A stretch of DNA of 64,000 bases, from contig CAXXLZ010000002.1 of the NCBI GenBank assembly GCA_963675595.2, positions 2,816,001 through 2,880,000 of the forward strand, written 5' to 3'. Below are positions 29,471 through 39,147 of the stretch, one piece after another. Under the pieces are notes generated by a model. That model was not told the DNA's origin. It did not search any database and saw only the letters and a list, made by a program, of their open reading frames with translations. Each line of letters begins with the position of its first letter. Positions within the stretch are counted from its first letter, which is position 1. The stretch is from Thermodesulfobacteriota bacterium. Lineage in GTDB: Bacteria > Desulfobacterota > Desulfarculia > JACQYL01. The position numbers and the translations under genes are program-made.

Positions 29471-31111
29471 ATGCGCATCGGTTTGGCACAGCTCAACCCG
29501 GTGGTGGGTGATCTCGAAACCAATTCGAGACTTATCCTCGAAGGGATCGACAGAGCTAAGAAGGAGGATTGCCGCATGGTGATCTTCCCCGAGCAATGCC
29601 TCGTGGGATACCCCCTGCGCGACCTCCTGGAACGATCCGCTTTTGTGGATGCCAATCTCGAGGCGTTGGCGGCACTGGTTCCCCACACTCGTGGGATCGC
29701 GGCTCTAGTGGGCTATGTGGCGCGAAATCCGGAGCCGTCGGGAAAGGCCGTCGTCAATGCGGTAGCCCTTATTGACGACGGCGTATTTGTGGCGCAAGGC
29801 GGAAAGAACCTGTTGCCCTCTTATGACGTTTTCGACGAAACGCGCTACTTCGATCCCTTCGGCTCCCCTCTGATTCACACCATCGAAGGGGTACGCATGG
29901 GTTTCACGGTATGCGAAGACGTCTGGAACGACAAAGACCAGTGGAGTCGCCCTCTTTATAAAATGGACCCGGTCCAAGACCTGTGCGGCCGTGGAATCGA
30001 CTTGTTGATCAACGTCTCCGCTTCTCCCTATCATAAGGGAAAGATATCGTTCCGCGAGACCATGCTGGGCAAGCTCGCCCGAAAATACCGAATGCCGATG
30101 ATCTATTTGAACCAAGTGGGCGGCATGGACGAGCTTATTTTCGACGGCGCCAGCATGGTCTTCGACCAAACCGGGACCACGGTGGCCAGGGCGGCCGAAT
30201 TCGAATCGGATTTCATTGTATGGGACACGGATACCGGTGACGGAGAAATCCGGCCTTCTTCAGAAACTCAGGAAGTCTCCGTGCTGAAAGCACTTACGCT
30301 GGGACTGCGGGATTACCTCGGCAAATGCGGCTTCCGACAGGCGGTGATCGGCCTCAGCGGCGGCATCGATTCCTCCCTCGTGGCGTGCATCGCGGCCCGA
30401 GCTTTGGGTCCTTCCAATGTGATGGGCGTAAGTATGCCGTCGCCGTACACTTCGGACATGAGCCGTGAAGACGCCCGCCGGCTGGCGGAAAACCTGGGCA
30501 TATCCTTCATGGAGATCCCCATCGAGCCGCTTATGGCCTCCTTCAAGAAATCTCTCTCCCCGCTGTTCAAAGACAGGCCGGAGGATCACACGGAGGAGAA
30601 CATCCAGGCCCGAATTCGAGGCAATCTCCTCATGGCCGTTTCCAACAAGTTCGGATCGCTGCTGCTGAGCACGGGCAACAAATCGGAAATGTCCGTGGGG
30701 TACTGCACGCTGTACGGGGATATGTGCGGCGCGGTGTCCGTCATCGGAGACGTTCCAAAGACGCTCTGCTATGCGCTGGCGCGTTTGATCAACGCCGATT
30801 CGGAGATCATCCCGGAACGAGTCATCCATCGCCCTCCCAGCGCGGAGCTTAAACCCGACCAGACCGATCAGGACGTGCTGCCCCCGTACGACGCGTTGGA
30901 CGATATTCTTTACGCAGCCGTGGAACTGAATCAGAGTATTCAAGAGATCACGGACCGAGGCCACGATGAAGCCGTGGTTCGGGAAGTTCTTTTGCGGATG
31001 GACCGAAACGAATACAAGAGAGCTCAGGCCGCGCCGGTGCTGAAAGTCACGACTCGGGCCTTTGGGTTCGGACGCCGCTACCCCATCGCCCATACGGGAA
31101 CGGTCTATTGA
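29471..31111 (+). CDS. nadE: glutamine-dependent NAD+ synthetase
   Basis: Nitrilase domain (FPE, YDVFDETRYF, VCEDVW) + GLSGGIDS, ENIQARIRG, GNKSE, GYCTLYGD, PSAEL. Confidence 0.95.
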   Translation: MRIGLAQLNPVVGDLETNSRLILEGIDRAKKEDCRMVIFPEQCLVGYPLRDLLERSAFVDANLEALAALVPHTRGIAALVGYVARNPEPSGKAVVNAVALIDDGVFVAQGGKNLLPSYDVFDETRYFDPFGSPLIHTIEGVRMGFTVCEDVWNDKDQWSRPLYKMDPVQDLCGRGIDLLINVSASPYHKGKISFRETMLGKLARKYRMPMIYLNQVGGMDELIFDGASMVFDQTGTTVARAAEFESDFIVWDTDTGDGEIRPSSETQEVSVLKALTLGLRDYLGKCGFRQAVIGLSGGIDSSLVACIAARALGPSNVMGVSMPSPYTSDMSREDARRLAENLGISFMEIPIEPLMASFKKSLSPLFKDRPEDHTEENIQARIRGNLLMAVSNKFGSLLLSTGNKSEMSVGYCTLYGDMCGAVSVIGDVPKTLCYALARLINADSEIIPERVIHRPPSAELKPDQTDQDVLPPYDALDDILYAAVELNQSIQEITDRGHDEAVVREVLLRMDRNEYKRAQAAPVLKVTTRAFGFGRRYPIAHTGTVY

Positions 31112-31206
31112 AGTCTATTGAAACGGGAGTGTGTGTAACCGCGGACGTTCATCCGTTCGAAAAAGCATGAAACAAGCGCGGGTCCATCGGACCCGGCACA
31201 ATCCAA

Positions 31207-31358
31207 CAGCCCGTTGAAAAAGTCGGATTATTGCGGATTGTTGAAAATCGATGGTATGCAAGGCGCGCAAATCCCTGAGAACGAGACGGACATAAAGGTG
31301 CGTCCCGGCAAAGAGGGATGAAGCACAACGCCGCGGATCGCGTTCTTCAACGGTCCGC
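31207..31358. mobile_element. non-autonomous palindromic repeat / MITE-like element
   Basis: Imperfect terminal inverted repeats GCGGATTGTTGAAAA (31233) and TTCTTCAACGGTCCGC (to 31358); extra end copy CAGCCCGTTGAAAAA at 31207; core ATGCAAGGCGCGCAA...GGATGAAGCACAACGC resembles a dispersed deltaproteobacterial repeat (from memory). Confidence 0.6.
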
Positions 31359-31582
31359 CGAGGTCGGGCGGCCCGCCGCCCTTGACGAAAACCAAGCTAA
31401 CGAAGGTGGAAGAGAAGTGCCGGCACAGCGCTACACAACACCTTAAGTCGGCAAGGTGCAACGCCTTTCCGACGACGCGCATCAACCTTTCTGCCGGGCC
31501 GGGTAATCATGGGGGCCCGTCCGCCGGTGATTCATGAGATTGTATGCGCGATTCCCCGAAAAACACGTTTAGGAGGCAAGAC

Positions 31583-33007
31583 ATGGATTCCCCGAAGACC
31601 CCGAAAGACGTACTCCAGATGATCGAAGAAAACGATGTCAAGATGGTCGACCTTCGATTCATGGACTTCCCCGGCCTGTGGCAACACTTCTCCGTTCCGG
31701 CTCGAGAAATCGAAGAAGATACCTTCGAGTCCGGTCTGGGTTTTGACGGATCGAGCATCCGCGGTTGGCAGGCCATCAACGAATCGGACATGCTCGTGAA
31801 GCCCGTCCCCGAGTCCGCGTTCATCGATCCTTTTTTCGAACACAACACATTGGTCATGATCTGCAACATCTGTGACCCGGTCACCGGGGAAGACTACACC
31901 CGCGATCCCAGAAACATCGCCCGAAAGGCCGAAAACTACCTCCTCAGCTCGGGAATCGCCGACACGGCCTACTTCGGTCCCGAAGCCGAGTTCTTCATTT
32001 TCGAAGACATCCGCTTCGACCAGAACGCCCACGAAGGTTACTATCACATCGATTCCGTTGAAGGCGTCTGGAACTCGGGCAAGGTCGAAAGCCCCAACCT
32101 GGGATACAAGCCCCGATACAAAGAAGGCTACTTCCCCGTACCGCCCACGGACAGCCTGCAGGACATCCGGACGGAGATGGTGCTCACCCTCGAAGATATC
32201 GGTGTGGCCATTGAAGCCCAGCACCACGAAGTCGCCACCGGCGGACAGTCCGAAATCGATATGAAATTTTCCTCCCTGGTCGCCATGGGAGACAAACTCC
32301 TGAAGTATAAATACGTCATCAAGAACGTGGCTCGAAAGCACGGCAAGACCGTTACCTTCATGCCCAAACCCCTCTTCGGCGACAACGGCACCGGTATGCA
32401 CGTGCACGTATCCCTCTGGAAGGGCGACCAAAACCTGTTCGCCGGAGACGGCTACGCAGGCATGTCTCAAATGGCCATGTACGCCATCGGCGGCATTCTG
32501 AAACATACTCCGGCTCTTCTGGCTTTCACCAGCCCCACGACCAACAGCTACAAACGTTTGGTCCCCGGCTTCGAGGCTCCGGTGAACCTGGCCTACTCGA
32601 GTCGGAACCGCAGTGCGGCCATCCGGATTCCCATGTACTCCAACAGCGCCAAGGCCAAACGCATCGAATTCCGTTGCCCCGACCCGAGCTGCAACGGATA
32701 TTTGGCTTTTTCCGCCATCCTCATGGCGGTGCTGGACGGCATCCAGAACAAGATCGATCCGGGTTCGGCCCTGGACAAAGACATCTATGATCTTCCGCCG
32801 GAAGAATTGGCCAAAGTACCTCAGACCCCGGGCAGCCTCAGAGAGTCCCTGAAGGCTTTGGAGGACGACCACGCCTTCCTGCTCAAGGGAGACGTGTTCA
32901 CCAAAGACGTGATCGAAACCTGGATCAATTACAAACTGACTCACGAAGTCCAGGCCATCGAGCTGCGTCCCCATCCCTGGGAGTTCGCTCTGTACTACGA
33001 CATCTAA
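31583..33007 (+). CDS. glnA: glutamine synthetase type I
   Basis: [51 protein letters not shown], adenylylation-site DIYDLPPEE; AGGAGG RBS. Confidence 0.98.
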   Translation: MDSPKTPKDVLQMIEENDVKMVDLRFMDFPGLWQHFSVPAREIEEDTFESGLGFDGSSIRGWQAINESDMLVKPVPESAFIDPFFEHNTLVMICNICDPVTGEDYTRDPRNIARKAENYLLSSGIADTAYFGPEAEFFIFEDIRFDQNAHEGYYHIDSVEGVWNSGKVESPNLGYKPRYKEGYFPVPPTDSLQDIRTEMVLTLEDIGVAIEAQHHEVATGGQSEIDMKFSSLVAMGDKLLKYKYVIKNVARKHGKTVTFMPKPLFGDNGTGMHVHVSLWKGDQNLFAGDGYAGMSQMAMYAIGGILKHTPALLAFTSPTTNSYKRLVPGFEAPVNLAYSSRNRSAAIRIPMYSNSAKAKRIEFRCPDPSCNGYLAFSAILMAVLDGIQNKIDPGSALDKDIYDLPPEELAKVPQTPGSLRESLKALEDDHAFLLKGDVFTKDVIETWINYKLTHEVQAIELRPHPWEFALYYDI

Positions 33008-33060
33008 TAAACTCTCGGAGTCGGGACGTCTCGACTTCGAAGATTCCCGCAGATTTTATC

Positions 33061-33094
33061 AGGGCCGCCCGGAAATTCCGGGCGGCCCTTTTTT
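33061..33094 (+). terminator. rho-independent terminator of glnA
   Basis: AGGGCCGCCCGGA-AAT-TCCGGGCGGCCCT then T run. Confidence 0.9.
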
Positions 33095-33585
33095 CGTCGA
33101 GTGAGGGGAGTTCGGAAACTTATCTTGCCCATCGCCTCGCCGGGACGCGCAATCAAGCGAAGATGAGAAAAGCCTGGACCTCATGCCGATTGTTTTCATA
33201 GACTTAGAGGACTTGTCCGCCCTCGAATTGGGCTGAACGCCTACGAATGTGGCCGTCGTTCCCGGTCTCGCGCGCGCGAACAACTCCGCTTCGTGGTGCG
33301 ACAGCCGAAATTCATGCTGCTTCGAGGCTTCCACACAAACGAGGGGACGCCCCAAGAACCCTCTTACTATCTCCCCGATCCGCCACAGGGCGGACGGAAG
33401 GGGCGATAGGATCATGATCGGGAGTTTTCCCGGAAGTCCGGGCGCTCTTATGGCTGCGAGCGCTCCCGGTTACGCCGGGTCCGTGCCGGCGGATTTTAGT
33501 GGGAGGAGAACCGCACTCTCCTCAGGCTCGCCAATCACGTTCTCCGGCCGAAGCGCTTTCGAAAGCCGGGGCAAGGAGTACCGTC

Positions 33586-35592
33586 ATGAATTTTCCCAAG
33601 CTTTTCGAACCCCTCGCGGTCCACGGCATGGAAATGAAAAACCGCATCGTGATGCCCGCAATGCACCTGAACTACACCATGGACGGCACCGTAACCGACC
33701 AACTCGCCGCCTTCTACGAAGCCCGCGCTAAAGGCGGAGCCGGCCTCATCATCGTGGGAGGATGCCTGGTCAACGAGTTCTCCGGCGGAATGAGCATGAT
33801 CGGGCTGCAAAGTGATGAATACATCCCGGGTCTGAAACGGCTCGTTCAGGTTTGCCGCGCACACGATGCCCGTGTCGGCGCTCAGCTTTACAACGCCGGG
33901 GCCTATGCCCACCGGGTTTTCATTCGGAAACAGGCCTTGAGCTCCTCCACGCATGTTTCCAGGTTCACCAATGAGGAAGCCCGGGAAATGAACAAGGAAG
34001 ACATCGCCCGGACCATCGGAGACTTTGCATCAGCCGCCGCTCGCGCACGCGAGGCCGGTTTCGACATGGTGGAAATCCTCACTGGCGGGGGATACCTCAT
34101 TTCCCAGTTCCTTTCTCCCTTGATCAACAAAAGAACGGACGAATACGGCGGGGCCATAGAAAACCGCATGCGTTTCGGACGCGAGGTGGTTCACGCCGTG
34201 AGAGCGGCCGTGGGGAAAGATTTCTGCGTGGGCGTTCGCCTGGCCGGTAATGACTTTGTTCCCGGAAGCCATACCAACACCGAATCCCGAATGTTCGCCC
34301 AGGTGTGCGAAGAGGCCGGCGCCGACATGTTCAACGTCACCGGAGGCTGGCATGAAACGCGCATACCTCAAATCACCACGGACCTTCCCCCTGCCGGCTA
34401 TGCGTACTTGGCCAGGGGAATCCGGGAAGCGGTTTCCATACCCGTGGCCGCGAGCAACCGCATCAATCGGGCCGAACTCGCCGAAGAGCTGATCCATGAA
34501 GGATTCGCAGATTTGGTTTGTATCGCGCGGGGCCTCATCGCCGATTCCGAGTTTCCCAACAAGGCGAGAGAGGGGCGCTCCCGTGAAATTCGTCCCTGCG
34601 TGGCCTGCAACCAGAAATGCTTTGATCACGTCTTTCTGTTGAAGCCCGTGGGCTGTCTCACCAACGCTCTCGCCGGAGAAGAGGCCTTGCGTACCATCGG
34701 CACGGCCAAGAGCCCTCGTCGCGTGCTCGTGATCGGAGGGGGGCCCGCCGGGTGCGAGGCGGCTTTGCGCTCCGCAGGGCGCGGCCATCAGGTGGAGCTC
34801 TGGGAGAGGGAACCTGTGTTGGGAGGACAGGTGGCCTGGTGGAGCCATCCTACAGGAAAGAAAGACTTCGCGCGACTCTTCGAGTATTATGACGCCGCTC
34901 TTTCTCGAGCGGGAGTACGGGTCCGGTTGGGGGAAAAGTTCACTCCGGACCTGCTTGAAAAGGACGCATTCGATTGCGTTCTTGTGCCTGCCGGAGCTAA
35001 GCCCACCCTTCCCAGAGTGCCCGGCATCGAGGGGTTCCAGGTGGTGCAGGCTTGGGATGTTCTCAAAGGTCGGGCGACCACGGGTCGGAACGTCGTGGTC
35101 GTCGGCGGTGGTGCGGTAGGCCTCGAAACGGCCATTCACTTGGCTTCTCAAGGAACTTTGACGCCGGAGCAGCTCCATTTCCTCATGCTGCACGAAGCCG
35201 AGAGCCCGGAGACGCTGCGGGAGCTTATGACGCGTGGAAGCAAATGCGTCACCGTCGTCGAGATGCTACCCGATGCGGGCAAAGACATTGGTCGCTCGAC
35301 CCGTTGGACGGTGCTCAAGAAAACCCGACTGTACGGAATCAAGATTCTGACCGGAACCCGGTTGACGGAGGTCACTCCCACTACGGTGATCTGCGAGAAC
35401 GCCCAGGGGAAGGTGATCGAGTTGCCAGCCGATTCGGTGGTGTCGGCGGTGGGCGCGGAGCCCGACAAGGGTCCGGCCGAAGAACTTGAAGCTCTTATGC
35501 CGGGCAAAGTGCGCGTTATCGGCGACGCCCGGAGTGTGGGCAACGTCGCCCAGGCCATAGAGGAGGGCTTGGCCGCCGCCCTGGAAATATAA
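33586..35592 (+). CDS. NADH:flavin oxidoreductase, 2,4-dienoyl-CoA reductase (FadH)-like
   Basis: KNRIVMPAM, GYLISQFLSP, RTDEYGG, TGGWHETRIP, CVACNQKC, two Rossmann motifs; AAGGAG RBS. Confidence 0.88.
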   Translation: MNFPKLFEPLAVHGMEMKNRIVMPAMHLNYTMDGTVTDQLAAFYEARAKGGAGLIIVGGCLVNEFSGGMSMIGLQSDEYIPGLKRLVQVCRAHDARVGAQLYNAGAYAHRVFIRKQALSSSTHVSRFTNEEAREMNKEDIARTIGDFASAAARAREAGFDMVEILTGGGYLISQFLSPLINKRTDEYGGAIENRMRFGREVVHAVRAAVGKDFCVGVRLAGNDFVPGSHTNTESRMFAQVCEEAGADMFNVTGGWHETRIPQITTDLPPAGYAYLARGIREAVSIPVAASNRINRAELAEELIHEGFADLVCIARGLIADSEFPNKAREGRSREIRPCVACNQKCFDHVFLLKPVGCLTNALAGEEALRTIGTAKSPRRVLVIGGGPAGCEAALRSAGRGHQVELWEREPVLGGQVAWWSHPTGKKDFARLFEYYDAALSRAGVRVRLGEKFTPDLLEKDAFDCVLVPAGAKPTLPRVPGIEGFQVVQAWDVLKGRATTGRNVVVVGGGAVGLETAIHLASQGTLTPEQLHFLMLHEAESPETLRELMTRGSKCVTVVEMLPDAGKDIGRSTRWTVLKKTRLYGIKILTGTRLTEVTPTTVICENAQGKVIELPADSVVSAVGAEPDKGPAEELEALMPGKVRVIGDARSVGNVAQAIEEGLAAALEI

Positions 35593-35679
35593 CAGACCGT
35601 TGGAGGACGCGATCCGTGTCGGGGCCTTGGATTGGATGCGGTCCGTGGCCCTCTTCGACGTGAATGAGGAAGAAGGAAC

Positions 35680-36906
35680 ATGCGATACTTAACGGTCCTT
35701 ACGGCTTTGTTCGTATGCCTGGTTTCCACGGCCTCCCTCTCGCGAGCCCAGGTTTCCGCGCCGGAGGTACAAACCGTCGTTGCATGGGGCGAAACCGCCG
35801 CCACCGACGACCAGGCTTCGGATAAACGCACCGCACTGGCCCATGCCCGCCGCGCCGCGGTGGAGAGAGTGGTGGGGTCCTATGTGACTTCCCAAACCTT
35901 GGTGAAGAATTACCAAGTGGTGGAAGACCGCATCTATTCCCAAGCCGCCGGTCTGGTAAACACGTACAGAGTACTGCGGGAAGAGCGAGACGCTCTCCAG
36001 CGTGTGGAAATCGAGGCCGTGGTCGGACTCATTCCGGTAACGGACCTTCTGCGATCTTCCGGTTTATTGCGCCGTTGGCGCGTGGGCGTCCTGCTGGACC
36101 CCGACGGGCAATCGACCGCGCACATCTCGGGCTACTATTCTTCCGCCCGAATCCAAGACCTGGTAAGGGGCATCGAAGCACATATCGGCGGAGATCTTGT
36201 GAAGGCGGGATTCAAAGTGATGGAACCTCGGCTGGTGGAGAAGCTGCGCAAGGAATTCGACAAGGAACACAATATCTCCCGGGGATCGGCTCAGGGATTG
36301 GACATATTGATCACGGGTGAAGTCTCCTTTGCCGCGCGGAAAACCATGGGAAACGTTTTCCAGGCGACCTGCGGCATTCACGCCGAAGCGCTGAAAGTGG
36401 AGACCGGGGAAATCGTTTACACGGGAACCATCGGAAACACCTTCGACGGCGTGACCCTGCTCGTGGACCGCAGCCTGGCCATGAAACACGCTTCGAGTCT
36501 CGGCAACGGACTCCTTTCCGACGGCACCCCGGACCTAAGATCTTTCGGCGGCGGGGTCGCCGGAGCTTTGGACAAGGCGGTTCGTCTTGCCTCAACCTTG
36601 GCGGGCGAAGTCCTGGTTTCCCAGATTTCGCGGCTGCCGGCGGCAGTGAGTTCAAAGATCGCGCTCGAGATCACAGGTCTTGATTTTTCCTCATTCATGA
36701 GTCTTGAAGAAGGCCTTCGTGGATTGGAGGGAGTGGCCGCGGTCCATGCCGAAGAGTTCACCGGAGGCGTCCAACTCATGGAGGTGGAATTCGACGGAGA
36801 CGCCATGGATCTCGCCCGAACCCTCTCCAGGGCTCCTTTTCCATCCGAAGGCAAACTGAAAATCAAGAAAGTCGGCAAAAGCCGGATTATAATGGAAGTC
36901 CAATAA
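35680..36906 (+). CDS. exported protein with FlgT N-terminal-like domain
   Basis: Signal peptide; VVAWG...ALAHARRAAVERVVGSYVTSQTLVKN pattern; C-terminal small alpha/beta domain. Confidence 0.6.
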   Translation: MRYLTVLTALFVCLVSTASLSRAQVSAPEVQTVVAWGETAATDDQASDKRTALAHARRAAVERVVGSYVTSQTLVKNYQVVEDRIYSQAAGLVNTYRVLREERDALQRVEIEAVVGLIPVTDLLRSSGLLRRWRVGVLLDPDGQSTAHISGYYSSARIQDLVRGIEAHIGGDLVKAGFKVMEPRLVEKLRKEFDKEHNISRGSAQGLDILITGEVSFAARKTMGNVFQATCGIHAEALKVETGEIVYTGTIGNTFDGVTLLVDRSLAMKHASSLGNGLLSDGTPDLRSFGGGVAGALDKAVRLASTLAGEVLVSQISRLPAAVSSKIALEITGLDFSSFMSLEEGLRGLEGVAAVHAEEFTGGVQLMEVEFDGDAMDLARTLSRAPFPSEGKLKIKKVGKSRIIMEVQ

Positions 36907-37007
36907 TCGGAAGGCGCCGGGCGCCTTTCGGCGGGAAATAACCATGATGCACAAGCCCGGATCCCGTGGCTCTTTCCAGGGCGATTCGGGGAAGGAGGAT
37001 GTGAGTG

Positions 37008-37898
37008 ATGGGTCGATGGGCAACGATTCTGATGATGGCGGCGGTCCTCGCAATCCAGAGTGTTTCCGCGGTGGAAGCCAAAGACCGGGTGGCCGTCATG
37101 GACTTTGAGAACAAATCACAGCACGGAGGATGGGCACTGGGACGAGGAGCCTCGGATATGCTCGCCACGGAACTGGTGAAGACCGGGAAGTTCAGCGTCA
37201 TGGAACGCGATCATCTGTCTTCCGTGCTCAAGGAGCAAAACCTGGGAGCTTCCGGGACCGTGGACCCGACCACCGCGGCCCGTATCGGCAAGGTGATCGG
37301 CGTCGAATACATCATCACCGGCGCGGTGACCGAATACGGCCAAAGCGAATACGGTGGGGGCGGTGGAGGATTCGGCCTCAAGAAGAAAGGGTACCATGCC
37401 ACGGTGGACATCCGGATGGTGGATACCACCACGTCGGAAATCGTGTTTGCCGACAGCGCTTCCCACAGCGAGGCCTCGTACGACGTGAAGGTATTCGGTT
37501 ACGGAGGCGGGGAATCCTTCGACGAAAAGAAGGCCACGGAAGTCATGCGGGCGGCCATCGCCGCTCTCGCGGGAAAAATCGACTCCGCTCCGCTGCCCTC
37601 CGCCTCCCAGGCCTCCGGATCGGGGTCCGCCGCCGGACCCGTAGGTACCGTCATGATCGCGGATGTGGACGGCACCAATCTGATGTTGAACAAAGGTCTC
37701 AACGGTGGATTGAGCGTGGGCGCGGAACTGACCTTCTTCCGGCCGGGTCGCGAAATCAAGGATCCCGCCACCGGGAAGGTCCTTACCCAAAAATTCGACA
37801 AAGTGGGAACCGCCAAAGTGATCCGAGTCGAAGATGGTTATTCCATGGCGCAAGTGGTCGGCGGCTCCGGATTTCAGGTGGGGGATCGGACCAAATAA
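37008..37898 (+). CDS. CsgG/HfaB family protein with FlgT C-terminal-like domain
   Basis: VAVMDFEN, FSVMERDHL..VLKEQNL, IGKVIGVEYIITGAVTEY; C-terminal NKG..G, IKDPATGKVL. Confidence 0.8.
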   Translation: MGRWATILMMAAVLAIQSVSAVEAKDRVAVMDFENKSQHGGWALGRGASDMLATELVKTGKFSVMERDHLSSVLKEQNLGASGTVDPTTAARIGKVIGVEYIITGAVTEYGQSEYGGGGGGFGLKKKGYHATVDIRMVDTTTSEIVFADSASHSEASYDVKVFGYGGGESFDEKKATEVMRAAIAALAGKIDSAPLPSASQASGSGSAAGPVGTVMIADVDGTNLMLNKGLNGGLSVGAELTFFRPGREIKDPATGKVLTQKFDKVGTAKVIRVEDGYSMAQVVGGSGFQVGDRTK

Positions 37899-37917
37899 TT
37901 CACGTTTACCCACCATT

Positions 37918-37949
37918 CCATGGAGGGACTCTTTCAAGTCCCTCCATGG
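37918..37949. terminator. perfect 13-bp inverted repeat, probable terminator
   Basis: CCATGGAGGGACT-CTTTCA-AGTCCCTCCATGG 20 nt after the stop; no clear U tract. Confidence 0.5.
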
Positions 37950-38565
37950 GTCCCGCACGGCCCGACTCCCCTTTCCGACCCCCCGACGCTGCGTCTACCT
38001 TCTTCGCCTGAGTCGCTTCTCGATATTCTTGTAATCACCCTCAGGAGAAGCTCACCGAACAACGGGTTATACCGTTTGCGATCGACTCAAGCTATTTTGG
38101 CTGTCGATCAAGGTCGGACGGCGTCCGGGAAATCCGGATTTGCCGGCGGGCTTGAACCGATCTCCTTTAGGAAGGACCAAGGATTGCGGAAAGGGATGTT
38201 TTGGTATGACTGAAGGACAACGCCGACAACGGATTATTGCGCCCGGTGAATACGCGTACGGCCCCATATTCACTCATGCAATAGGAAGAGACGGGGTTGC
38301 GTCGACCAACCGTCGCGCCTCAAGCATCCCGAGTTCGTTCCCGGCAGGAAGAAGGCGCATTTCAGCACGAGCACGAGCTGAATTGTTTACGATCCATATC
38401 GATGGAGGCTCGGATTTCGGCATGAGCCGATCCGTGCGGAGTCTCCCCGGCGCGGTGCCCGGTACGGACACTTGGCCGGTATACTTGAAATCATGTCGGA
38501 TTCGTGAGTTCTTTGCGTTTGAATACGGTGATATCCATGATATCCCCGTAAAATCAACGCTTCCG

Positions 38566-39126
38566 TCAGGAACCGTTCTCACTCCAATCATAACCCGCTC
38601 TCAGAGCTTCCACGTTCTTGCCCCTGAAGGCTTCCTTGCTGAGTCGTTCCACCGTTTCTTTCACCGACTCGAAAGGCATCGGGAAAGACAGACGGCTCAA
38701 AGCAAATCCCAACAAGATCACATTCGCCGTCAAAGGCGAACCCATTTGTGCGGCGGCGCCATAGGCGTCCATATAGTGCGGTGTAACGCCGCGGGCCTTG
38801 AGATACGTTTGGAGTTCGGAGGGTGCATCTTCCTCGCTCGGCCGATTCACCACGGCGGCCCCTCCTCGTTTCAGCATTCCCACCGTGTTGGATAACTCGC
38901 CGTACTCGAACACCAGCAGAACGTCCGCGGTCCCGGACCGGACCAGAGGGGAGCCCATATCCCCGATGCGCAGGTGACTGACCACGGATCCGCCTCGTTG
39001 CGCCATGCCGTGAGTTTCACTCACCATCACCCGAAAACCCTGTGTGAGGGCCGCGTCGTGCAAAATCTTGGTAATAAACAGAATCCCCTGCCCTCCGACT
39101 CCCGCGAGCACGCAGTTGGTTCTCAT
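38566..39126 (-). CDS. iorB: indolepyruvate:ferredoxin oxidoreductase beta subunit
   Basis: AGVGGQGI, SETHGMAQRGGSVVSHLR, NVILLG. Confidence 0.92.
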   Translation of the reverse strand: MRTNCVLAGVGGQGILFITKILHDAALTQGFRVMVSETHGMAQRGGSVVSHLRIGDMGSPLVRSGTADVLLVFEYGELSNTVGMLKRGGAAVVNRPSEEDAPSELQTYLKARGVTPHYMDAYGAAAQMGSPLTANVILLGFALSRLSFPMPFESVKETVERLSKEAFRGKNVEALRAGYDWSENGS

Positions 39127-39147
39127 AGTTTCCTCTCGCTGCGCGGC

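Noticed and set aside
26906-29686. Long antisense ORFs (926 aa here; also 17307-18695, 31532-32974, 39277-40653, 43877-45904)
   Set aside because: Shadow frames opposite well-supported genes, expected in GC-rich DNA
31228-31485. 85-aa ORF between nadE and glnA
   Set aside because: Largely a translation of the palindromic repeat element
38320-38397. Possible selenopeptide MDRKQFSSCSC-TGA (minus strand)
   Set aside because: No RBS, no evident SECIS, and another stop follows shortly
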